A DNA stretch of 64,000 nucleotides, taken from NCBI GenBank assembly GCA_036511715.1, contig DATCBS010000006.1:231277-295276 (forward strand), read 5' to 3'. The position numbers and the translations under genes were made by a program. Positions within the stretch are counted from its first letter, which is position 1, and each line of letters opens with the position of its first letter. Below the pieces are notes generated by a model, which was given only the letters and a program-made list of their open reading frames with translations, did no database searches and was not told the origin of the DNA. Origin of the DNA: Caulobacteraceae bacterium. GTDB lineage: Bacteria; Pseudomonadota; Alphaproteobacteria; Caulobacterales; Caulobacteraceae. This document shows positions 57,248 through 64,000 of the stretch, piece by piece.

Positions 57248-58108
57248 TCATGGTCCCGAGACGTGAAAACCTTCGGCCCGAAGCAGGGCGGGAACACCGC
57301 CGGGGCCGATCAAGTGACCCATCCCCACGACGATGAGCGTCGCGCCCGGGTGGGCGAGCAATCGCCGTATGACGACGGTCCACCGGCGATTGCGATCGGT
57401 GATCAAACGGCGATAGGCGCCTGGCGACGCCTTTTCGAGCGGGGCCAGGGCATCGGTCCCCAGGGCGCGAAGATCGCCCTCCAGCCACTCCGCGATCACC
57501 CGACGATAGGTGTCGGGATGTTCCAGGATCTCCCCGAGAGTTTCGTCGAGCGAGGCGATCTGGTCCGCCTCCGGCGCGCCGGCGAGAGTGTCGATCTGCT
57601 CGCTCGCGGACTCGAAGGCTTTTCGAACAGCGCTTGTCGGGGCAAGATTTTGCACTTGCCGTTCGACGCCTTGCGCGGCTTCCGCCCCCTGCCGCACGTC
57701 CGCCAGAACCGAGAGGGTCATCTCGGCGAGCCACGGGCGCATCGTCTCGATGCTTTCGAGCCGCGCTCCCAGAATCGTCGCGACTTGGTGAAGTCGAGCC
57801 TCCTCGCCTGGCGGAAGGTGAGCGGACAAGCTGTCGGTGGCCGGAAGCCTTCCCCGGACCATCGCCAGGCGGCTCGCCTCCGCGTCGGTCGCCTCGTCGA
57901 TCGGAAGCTCGAAATAGATGACGTCGGCCTTCGAGATGGCCAGGTTCAGGGCCGCGGGCCGCCAATCGAGGCCCGGAGGGAGCAGATGAACCGAGCCGAA
58001 CAGGACCACCGTTGCGACGTTGCTGGTCACCGTCCAGACCGGCGGCTTGGCGGTCGCGCGACCCGCCCAGGCGACCAAGAGCGCCGCGACAATGGCGCCG
58101 CGGATCAT
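57248..58108 (-). CDS. TraB/GumN family protein
   Basis: Signal peptide, LFGSVH, RPW, GVE, E...EQ, DRNRRW, VVGMGHL.G. Confidence 0.88.
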   Translation of the reverse strand: MIRGAIVAALLVAWAGRATAKPPVWTVTSNVATVVLFGSVHLLPPGLDWRPAALNLAISKADVIYFELPIDEATDAEASRLAMVRGRLPATDSLSAHLPPGEEARLHQVATILGARLESIETMRPWLAEMTLSVLADVRQGAEAAQGVERQVQNLAPTSAVRKAFESASEQIDTLAGAPEADQIASLDETLGEILEHPDTYRRVIAEWLEGDLRALGTDALAPLEKASPGAYRRLITDRNRRWTVVIRRLLAHPGATLIVVGMGHLIGPGGVPALLRAEGFHVSGP

Positions 58109-58962
58109 TTCTGGCACGATGGACAGTGGAACGTGGCCCGCCCCGCCTGCACGCTACGCCGAATCGTGCCGCCGCAACCGGGGCTCGAACAGGACTGCCC
58201 ACCTCGGCCGTAGACCGTGAAACGGTGTTGAAAATAGCCGGGAGATCCGTCTGCCGCGGCGTAGTCGCGAAGGGTTGACCCGCCCGATGCGATTGCCTCC
58301 TTCAGAACCGAGCGGACGGCCTGGGGTATCTGATCAAGCCCTTCGCGCCCAATGGTGTTTGCGGGCCTTGCCGGGGCGATCCGAGCGCGATGCAAGGCTT
58401 CGGAAGCGTAGATGTTGCCAAGTCCCGCCACCACGGCCTGGTTCATCAGAAGGGCCTTGACCCCGACCCGGCGGTTGACGAACTCGGCGGCAAGGTAGGC
58501 CCCTGCGAACCTTTCGTCGAACGGCTCGGGGCCCAGGCCGGCGAGCCGCGGGTGAGTGTCGATCGAGGCGGTCTCGCCGAGCTCCATGAATCCGAAGCGC
58601 CTGGCGTCGACGAATATGACGCGCGCCCCGGCTTCGGTCTCGAACACGACATGGGTGTGTTTCGGGTCCGCGCGCGGCGGGGATCGTCCGGTATCTCGAC
58701 ACCGCGCGGAGCCTCCGATCGCGAAACGGCCGCTCATGCCGAGGTGCATGATGAGGGTTTCCCCTGAATCCAGGGGGGCGAGCAGGAACTTGCCACGTCG
58801 ACGCACGGCCTCGACGCGAAACCCGGTGAGCCGGCGGACAAAGTTCGTCGGGAAGGCGAATCGGAGGTCGGGCCGGCGAATTTCGACCTTCGACAGCCGC
58901 TGCCGAGCCAATGCCGGCTCGAGGCCCCGCCGCACGGTCTCGACCTCGGGAAGTTCGGGCAT
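58105..58962 (-). CDS. mutM: Formamidopyrimidine-DNA glycosylase
   Basis: [24 protein letters not shown]-terminal zinc finger (CxxxxC...CPSCQ). Confidence 0.97.
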   Translation of the reverse strand: MPELPEVETVRRGLEPALARQRLSKVEIRRPDLRFAFPTNFVRRLTGFRVEAVRRRGKFLLAPLDSGETLIMHLGMSGRFAIGGSARCRDTGRSPPRADPKHTHVVFETEAGARVIFVDARRFGFMELGETASIDTHPRLAGLGPEPFDERFAGAYLAAEFVNRRVGVKALLMNQAVVAGLGNIYASEALHRARIAPARPANTIGREGLDQIPQAVRSVLKEAIASGGSTLRDYAAADGSPGYFQHRFTVYGRGGQSCSSPGCGGTIRRSVQAGRATFHCPSCQK

Positions 58963-59052
58963 GAGGGGTGCCTAACCGATGTCGGCGCGCCGCGCCATCG
59001 CGTCGGCGGCGTTCTCTGGCGCTTGCATGGCTTCGGGCCTAAGAGGCGACGA

Positions 59053-59811
59053 ATGACCGGTCAGGACGCGAGCTTCGGATATCGCGACATCGAGCCGAAC
59101 GAGAAGCCCGCCCTGGTCACCGGCGTTTTCGACAGGGTGGCCAAACGCTACGACCTCATGAACGATCTCATGAGCGGCGGAGCTCACCGGCTGTGGAAGG
59201 ATGCCGCGGCGGCGCGCCTCAATCCCCAGCCGGGCGAAGTGATCCTCGATTGCGCCGGCGGCACCGGGGACATGGCCGCCCGTCTGGTCCGGATGGCGCG
59301 CTCGGCCCGACGACGGCGGGGCGGCGAGGCGGCCAGGGTGGTCGTCATCGATTTCAACGCCCGCATGGTCGCGGCCGGTCGCGCGCGCCGACACGCTGAC
59401 CGCGTCCTTTGGGCGGTCGGCGACGCGCAGAGTCTTCCGCTCGCCGACGCCTCTGTCCACGCGGTGTGCATGGCCTTCGGCTTACGCAACGTCACGGACC
59501 TTCCAGGCGCCCTTGGAGAAGCTCGGCGGGTCCTGAGGCCCGGCGGACGATTTGTTTGCCTGGAGTTTTCCAGGCCGCCGGTCCTCGCTCTTCGCAAGGC
59601 CTATGACGCCTATTCGTTCAAGCTCATTCCGCTCCTCGGCGCCGCGGTGGGAAAGGATCGAGACGCTTACCGCTATCTCGTGGAAAGCATCCGGCGCTTT
59701 CCCGATCAGGCCCGCTTGGCGGAATTTATGGAACAGGCGGGATTTTCCAGGGTCTCTGTCACGAACTTCAGCGGTGGAGTGTGCGCCCTTCATCAGGGTT
59801 GGGCGATCTGA
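59053..59811 (+). CDS. ubiE: Ubiquinone/menaquinone C-methyltransferase
   Basis: [41 protein letters not shown]. Confidence 0.95.
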   Translation: MTGQDASFGYRDIEPNEKPALVTGVFDRVAKRYDLMNDLMSGGAHRLWKDAAAARLNPQPGEVILDCAGGTGDMAARLVRMARSARRRRGGEAARVVVIDFNARMVAAGRARRHADRVLWAVGDAQSLPLADASVHAVCMAFGLRNVTDLPGALGEARRVLRPGGRFVCLEFSRPPVLALRKAYDAYSFKLIPLLGAAVGKDRDAYRYLVESIRRFPDQARLAEFMEQAGFSRVSVTNFSGGVCALHQGWAI

Positions 59812-59815
59812 GCCG

Positions 59816-61327
59816 GTGGCCGCCCTGAGAGCTTTGTTTCGCCTGGTCGCGGCGATGTGGATTTTGGTGCGCGCGGACGCACTCGCGCCCAGGGAGCTCG
59901 ATCCGCTTCTGCCCGAAGCGGCCCGGGCGGCGGCAAGATTGCTGCGCCTCTTCGCGGGGCCGGGCGCGAGGGTCGGCCGACCCGGCGAGCGGCTTGCTCG
60001 CACTCTGGAACGGCTTGGGCCGGTAGGCATCAAGTTGGGACAGTTCCTGTCCACCAGGGCCGACATTCTTGGAGCCGAATTCGCCGCCGATCTCGCCCGT
60101 CTGAAGGACCGTCTGGCGCCGTTCTCCACAGAACTGGCGCAGGCGGAGATCGAACGTGCGCTGGGCTCGGCGCCATGCTGCCTGGTCGCGGAACTTGGGG
60201 AGCCGGTGGCGGCGGCCTCTCTGGCGCAGGCCCATCGGGCGCGCCTGCGTGACGGCCGGGAAGCGGCCGTGAAGATTCTGCGGCCAGAAATCGAGCGGCG
60301 GGTCGCCGATGACGCCGCCGTCCTGCGCCTTGGCGCGAGGATCGTTCAGTCCCTTGTCCCCCGATCCCGCCGCCTCGCGCCTCGCGCCTTCGCCGCCACG
60401 GTGATCCGCTCGCTGCAACTGGAACTCGATATGCGCCTGGAAGCCGCGGCCGCCGATGAGCTGGGTTCGATCATGGAGCATGATGGCTTCATGAGCGCCC
60501 CAAAGGTGGTCTGGGAGGGGGTGGCGCGTCGCGTTGTCGTTCTGGAGTGGGCGCCGGGACTACCGCTTTCCGATCCCGCGAGTCTCGAGCAAGCCGGGCT
60601 GGACAGGCCGCGCCTGGCGACGAACCTGATCTGCGGGTTCCTCACCCAGGCGCTCGATCACGGCGTGTTCCACGCCGACCTGCACGAGGGCAACCTGTTC
60701 GTCGACACCCCGGCCAAGCTCACCGCCGTAGACTTCGGCATCATCGGTCGGCTGGACGCCGCCGAGCGTCGCTATCTGGCCGAGATTCTCTGGGGCTTTC
60801 TTCAGAGAGACTACCGGCGGGTCGCGGATGTCCACTTTCAAGCCGGCTACGTCTCTCCCGACCAGGACAGCGCGACGTTCGCCCAGGCTCTGCGAGCGGT
60901 CGGCGAGCCGGTCTTCGGCCGGAACGCGAGTGGTCTTTCGATGGGCAAACTGCTCGCCCAGCTGTTTGAGGTCACGGCGATCTTCGACATGGTCCTGAGA
61001 CCCGAGCTCGTTCTGCTGCAGAAAACCATGGTCACGGTGGAAGGCGTCGCTCGCAGGATCGACCCCAACCACGACATCTGGAGCGCCGCCGAACCTGTCG
61101 TGCGCCGATGGATCGAGCGAGAGCTGTCGCCCACGGCCAGCCTGCGGCGCTTCGTCCACGACGCGAGCGCAGCCCTTCGCGCCATGTCCCGCCTTGTCGG
61201 GGCCGCTGCCGCCGCCGACCCGCGCGCCAGCGAAACCCCGGTCGAGGGGGGAAGCCCCTGGCTTGGTTTCGCCCTGGGCGTGCTGGTCGCCGCGGCGGCA
61301 TTTTCGGCGGCCCTGTTTCTTCGCTAG
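59816..61327 (+). CDS. ubiB: Ubiquinone biosynthesis regulatory kinase UbiB
   Basis: LGP..IKLGQ.LSTR.D, AVKILRP, FHADLHEGN, DFGI. Confidence 0.93.
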   Translation: MAALRALFRLVAAMWILVRADALAPRELDPLLPEAARAAARLLRLFAGPGARVGRPGERLARTLERLGPVGIKLGQFLSTRADILGAEFAADLARLKDRLAPFSTELAQAEIERALGSAPCCLVAELGEPVAAASLAQAHRARLRDGREAAVKILRPEIERRVADDAAVLRLGARIVQSLVPRSRRLAPRAFAATVIRSLQLELDMRLEAAAADELGSIMEHDGFMSAPKVVWEGVARRVVVLEWAPGLPLSDPASLEQAGLDRPRLATNLICGFLTQALDHGVFHADLHEGNLFVDTPAKLTAVDFGIIGRLDAAERRYLAEILWGFLQRDYRRVADVHFQAGYVSPDQDSATFAQALRAVGEPVFGRNASGLSMGKLLAQLFEVTAIFDMVLRPELVLLQKTMVTVEGVARRIDPNHDIWSAAEPVVRRWIERELSPTASLRRFVHDASAALRAMSRLVGAAAAADPRASETPVEGGSPWLGFALGVLVAAAAFSAALFLR

Positions 61328-61352
61328 GACCGAGACGCCGCCGATCGGTGGA

Positions 61353-61877
61353 TCAGCTTTGGTCGCCGCCCCCTTGAGGGGCCGCAGCCGATCGCTTGTT
61401 TTCACGATCCTTCTGCTGAGCCCAATAGGCTGCTCCGTCGCGCGGTCTGAACATGGTTCGCGGCGCGCCGTCCCGGGAAACCACGGCGAAGACGTTGCCC
61501 CTGCGGTCGTAGATCAGTTTGTCGCCGTTGCGCCGGTCGATCGTCTCGACGCCGCTGGGAGGACGCTCGACAAAGGCGTGCGTCTTTGCCACGTAGTCCG
61601 TCTCGCTGCGGGCCCCGAAATCTCCGCCGTTCTTCGCGAATTGGAATTGGGCGTTTTCCTCGGCCGAATGTTTGCGGTTCGCCGCCCACATCGGTCTGCC
61701 GTTGATCTGGGGGACCGGCGCCCTGGCGGCTTCGTTGGGCGCCCCCTGGCTTGAAGGCTCGCCGGTTGTTCCGAAGGAGGCTTGGCTCTGTGGCGCCACC
61801 GCGGACGGCTTTTGGCCACACCCCGCTAGTGCCATGGCGAGGGCGCTCGCGGCCCCGATCAACAGCGCGACTCTCAT
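61353..61877 (-). CDS. Lipoprotein with a C-terminal polymorphic-toxin-like (CdiA-CT/S-pyocin-type) domain
   Basis: Lipobox LAGC; GGGAGA RBS; domain PMW...ENA...YV..TH.F...PP.G...R.NGD..IYD...NVFA....G.PRTMFRP..G..YW. Confidence 0.7.
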   Translation of the reverse strand: MRVALLIGAASALAMALAGCGQKPSAVAPQSQASFGTTGEPSSQGAPNEAARAPVPQINGRPMWAANRKHSAEENAQFQFAKNGGDFGARSETDYVAKTHAFVERPPSGVETIDRRNGDKLIYDRRGNVFAVVSRDGAPRTMFRPRDGAAYWAQQKDRENKRSAAAPQGGGDQS

Positions 61878-61923
61878 CTTTTGGTCTCCCATCCTACCAG
61901 AGTGAGGTTGGCGATTATATACC

Positions 61924-61972
61924 TTGCAAACTAGCGCCAAGGTGATATGTTGAATCCGTCAAGGGATTCAAC
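61924..61972 (+). promoter_or_regulatory. Transposase promoter with RBS-sequestering hairpin
   Basis: TTGCAA-N16-TATGTT with extended TG; 9-bp inverted repeat GTTGAATCC/GGATTCAAC overlapping the AAGGGA RBS. Confidence 0.6.
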
Positions 61973-61975
61973 GCC

Positions 61976-62953
61976 ATGTCCATACTTTCAGCCGACCGCT
62001 TCCACGATGAAAATGAGGCCTTCGCATGGGTCGAGGGTCTTCTCTGGCCCGACGGCCCGGTCTGCCACCACTGCGGTTGCATGGACCGGATCGGCGCGAT
62101 CAAGCCGAATCCGGCGAAGCGCGTCCGCTTCGGGCTGAAGAAGTGCGGCGACTGCGGCAAGCAGTTCACCGTCCGCATGGGCACGATCTTCGAGGAGTCG
62201 AAGCTCCCGCTGCATATCTGGCTTCAAGCGATGCACCTCATGGCGTCGTCCAAGAAAGGCGTCAGCGCGCACCAGCTCCACCGCACGCTTGAGATCACCT
62301 ACAAGAGCGCCTGGTTCCTCGCCCACCGTATCCGCGAAGCCATGCGCTCCGGCGATCTCGCCCCCTTCGGGGCGGGCGGTGGCGACGTTGAGGTGGACGA
62401 AACCTTTATCGGCCGCGATCCCACCGAAGCGCATACCGGCAACTGGACGGAGAAGATGAAGGTCCTCTCCTTAGTCGACCGCACCACTGGCCGCGCCAAG
62501 AGCGTCGTCGTGGACAATCTTAAGATGGGAACCATCGTCCCCATCATCGACGCCAACATCGCCCGTGAAGCTCGGCTGCTCACGGACGAAGCCCCGCGCT
62601 ACGTTTCCATCGGCTGGAATTTCGCGGCCCATGGCACGGTCAACCATGGCCGCGATGAATACGTCGATCGGCAAGACCCCACGATCCACACCAATACGAT
62701 CGAGGGCTACTTCAGCATCTTCAAACGCGGAATGAAGGGCGTCTATCAGCATTGCTCGAAAAAGCACCTTCACCGCTACCTCGCCGAGTTCGACTTCCGC
62801 TACACGAACCGGATCGCGGTCGGCGTGGATGATCAGAAGCGCGCCGATCGGGCGCTGGCGGGTGTGGTCGGTAAGCGCCTGACTTATCGACCTGCTCGTG
62901 TCCGGCACGTCGGCAACGCCGCCTTCATCCGGCCCGCCCACCTCGCCGTTTAA
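61976..62953 (+). CDS. IS1595-family DDE transposase (Zn ribbon plus ISXO2-like domain)
   Basis: WPDGPVCHHC...CGDC..QFTV.MGTIFE, KKGVSA, EVDETFIG, LTDEA, HTNTIEGYFS, YLAEFDFRY, GKRLTY. Confidence 0.96.
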   Translation: MSILSADRFHDENEAFAWVEGLLWPDGPVCHHCGCMDRIGAIKPNPAKRVRFGLKKCGDCGKQFTVRMGTIFEESKLPLHIWLQAMHLMASSKKGVSAHQLHRTLEITYKSAWFLAHRIREAMRSGDLAPFGAGGGDVEVDETFIGRDPTEAHTGNWTEKMKVLSLVDRTTGRAKSVVVDNLKMGTIVPIIDANIAREARLLTDEAPRYVSIGWNFAAHGTVNHGRDEYVDRQDPTIHTNTIEGYFSIFKRGMKGVYQHCSKKHLHRYLAEFDFRYTNRIAVGVDDQKRADRALAGVVGKRLTYRPARVRHVGNAAFIRPAHLAV

Positions 62954-63173
62954 GCACCGCAGCCGGTCTCGCTGGCACCCCAAGCGCCACCGGAGCCGCT
63001 GGCGCTTGTGGCCGGTGACCGCCGCGCGCGATCAGCTTGAGCTTCCCTTTGGGTGCAAGGACGAATGAAGACGAGGCGCGGCCTTGCGATGTGCGGGCGC
63101 CAAAAAAAATAGCTTGACGCACGCCGGCACCCCGCTTGACGGCTCAACGTCCTAAGCGCACAATTCACTTGAC

Positions 63174-63220
63174 ATACTAAATATGGGGTGATTTGCGGCA
63201 TGCCACGCCATATTTTGTGT
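63174..63220. promoter_or_regulatory. Tandem NrdR-box-like operators
   Basis: ATACTAAATATGGGGT (63174-89) and ACGCCATATTTTGTGT (63205-20) match acaCwAtATaTwGtgt at 12/16 and 13/16; starts are 31 bp apart. Confidence 0.6.
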
Positions 63221-63230
63221 CAAGGTGTCG

Positions 63231-63246
63231 TTAATCCCGAATTAAC
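63231..63246. promoter_or_regulatory. CtrA-binding box
   Basis: TTAA-TCCCGAA-TTAAC, which also reads TTAA-N7-TTAAC on the minus strand. Confidence 0.65.
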
Positions 63247-63384
63247 GAAACTTTACGATTGCCCCGCGCGTTCAAGTGCGTTAGGGCCGCGCCTTTTTCA
63301 CTGAGTCGATGCTAGGAACGCTCATCGCCTTTCGGTCTTTCTGCCGGCATTGGGGACTGCCTGCGTCCAGGATAGGGGATGTAG

Positions 63385-63906
63385 ATGACCGAATATGAGA
63401 GCATCGTCGAAAAATGCCAGAAAAATAGAATCAACAGGCGCATCACAAACACGTCGATCGATCACGCCGCTGTGCTCTATAAATACCTATTTATAGCAGC
63501 AGAAGCTATTCCTGGCGATGAACCAAAGACCGTTAGGATTCAGACTGGAGATGCGCGGGCCGATTTCTACGAACCCCTTGTACGGCAAGCCAAGCAAGTA
63601 ATGGACTCTGGCGTAACCATCAATCTCATGGTCTCCTACCGAGAGGCCGATGTCCAGGCAAACAAATTTCTCGCTGCGGTGAACGATAACCCAAGGGGTG
63701 AAGTTAGGATCAATAGCGAGCGGGACGTTTCAATTCATTTCGCCGTCGTGGGACAGTCGGCCTACAGAATCGAAACGGACCTCGATACGTTTCAGGCCTT
63801 TGCTAACTTCAATGAACCAATAATTGCCACACGATTGATTGGACTATTTGACCCTGCGTGGGATACGGCGGTCCCAACAAAACAGGCGCAACGCGAAATC
63901 GCTTAG
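63385..63906 (+). CDS. Hypothetical protein, possible degenerate PLD-like fold; probable IS passenger
   Basis: Visibly AT-richer than the backbone; AGGGGA RBS; N.S.DHA, V.I.TG and HFAVVG..AYRIE.D...A.ANFN...L...FD.W pattern. Confidence 0.7.
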   Translation: MTEYESIVEKCQKNRINRRITNTSIDHAAVLYKYLFIAAEAIPGDEPKTVRIQTGDARADFYEPLVRQAKQVMDSGVTINLMVSYREADVQANKFLAAVNDNPRGEVRINSERDVSIHFAVVGQSAYRIETDLDTFQAFANFNEPIIATRLIGLFDPAWDTAVPTKQAQREIA

Positions 63907-64000
63907 TTAGTGATTGCGAGCACGTCGCCATAGCTGTCCATTAGATATTGAGGCAGCGGGGGGCCATGCCACATGCCGGTCGATCTAACAGCGTCACTGT

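Larger units (their letters stand above)
61910..64000 (+). mobile_element. IS1595-family element, ISNwi-like; left end only, right end probably beyond the window
   Basis: GGCGATTATA at 61910 fits the ggnnatTAT ISNwi terminal signature; transposase follows; no convincing right IR in the window. Confidence 0.75.

Noticed and set aside
62925-63201. Two short minus-strand ORFs after the transposase
   Set aside because: No RBS or motifs; the +1 plus-strand frame explains the region better.
63820-63828. ATAATTGCC as the IS right inverted repeat
   Set aside because: Only 8/9 match, inside an intact ORF, and the flank ACACGATT does not duplicate GTGAGGTT.

Overview
GC-rich alphaproteobacterial chromosome segment. 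Gene order and protein signatures point to Caulobacteraceae (inference): rpsT-dnaA, alkB-dnaK-dnaJ-mutS-glnD, and a short F1 epsilon subunit. 1-19.2 kb is accessory metabolism: FAD oxidoreductase, P450, three MFS transporters, hybrid histidine kinase, hydrolases, cysK, an amidohydrolase/TauD pair and a Co-type nitrile hydratase. 19.5-61.3 kb is core housekeeping: atpHAGDC, rppH, ctpA, envC, rlmH, rsfS, nadD, proB, obgE, trmB, lnt, corC, ybeY, phoH, miaB, fur, tsaB, nfu, trpS, glnD, mutS, dnaJK, alkB, dnaA, rpsT, mutM, ubiEB. proA, metK and murJ are missing from their usual slots. The last 2.7 kb is the most interesting part. It holds a lipoprotein carrying an apparently inactivated polymorphic-toxin RNase domain, then an ISNwi-like IS1595 element. 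The transposase has a hidden +1-frame C-terminal extension ending in a beta-clamp-type motif (QLELPF), and its promoter hairpin is built from two GANTC sites. An AT-richer probable passenger gene follows, preceded by tandem NrdR-like boxes 31 bp apart and a perfect CtrA box. No rRNA, tRNA or CRISPR array was seen. All calls come from motif recognition by eye; no database searches were run.
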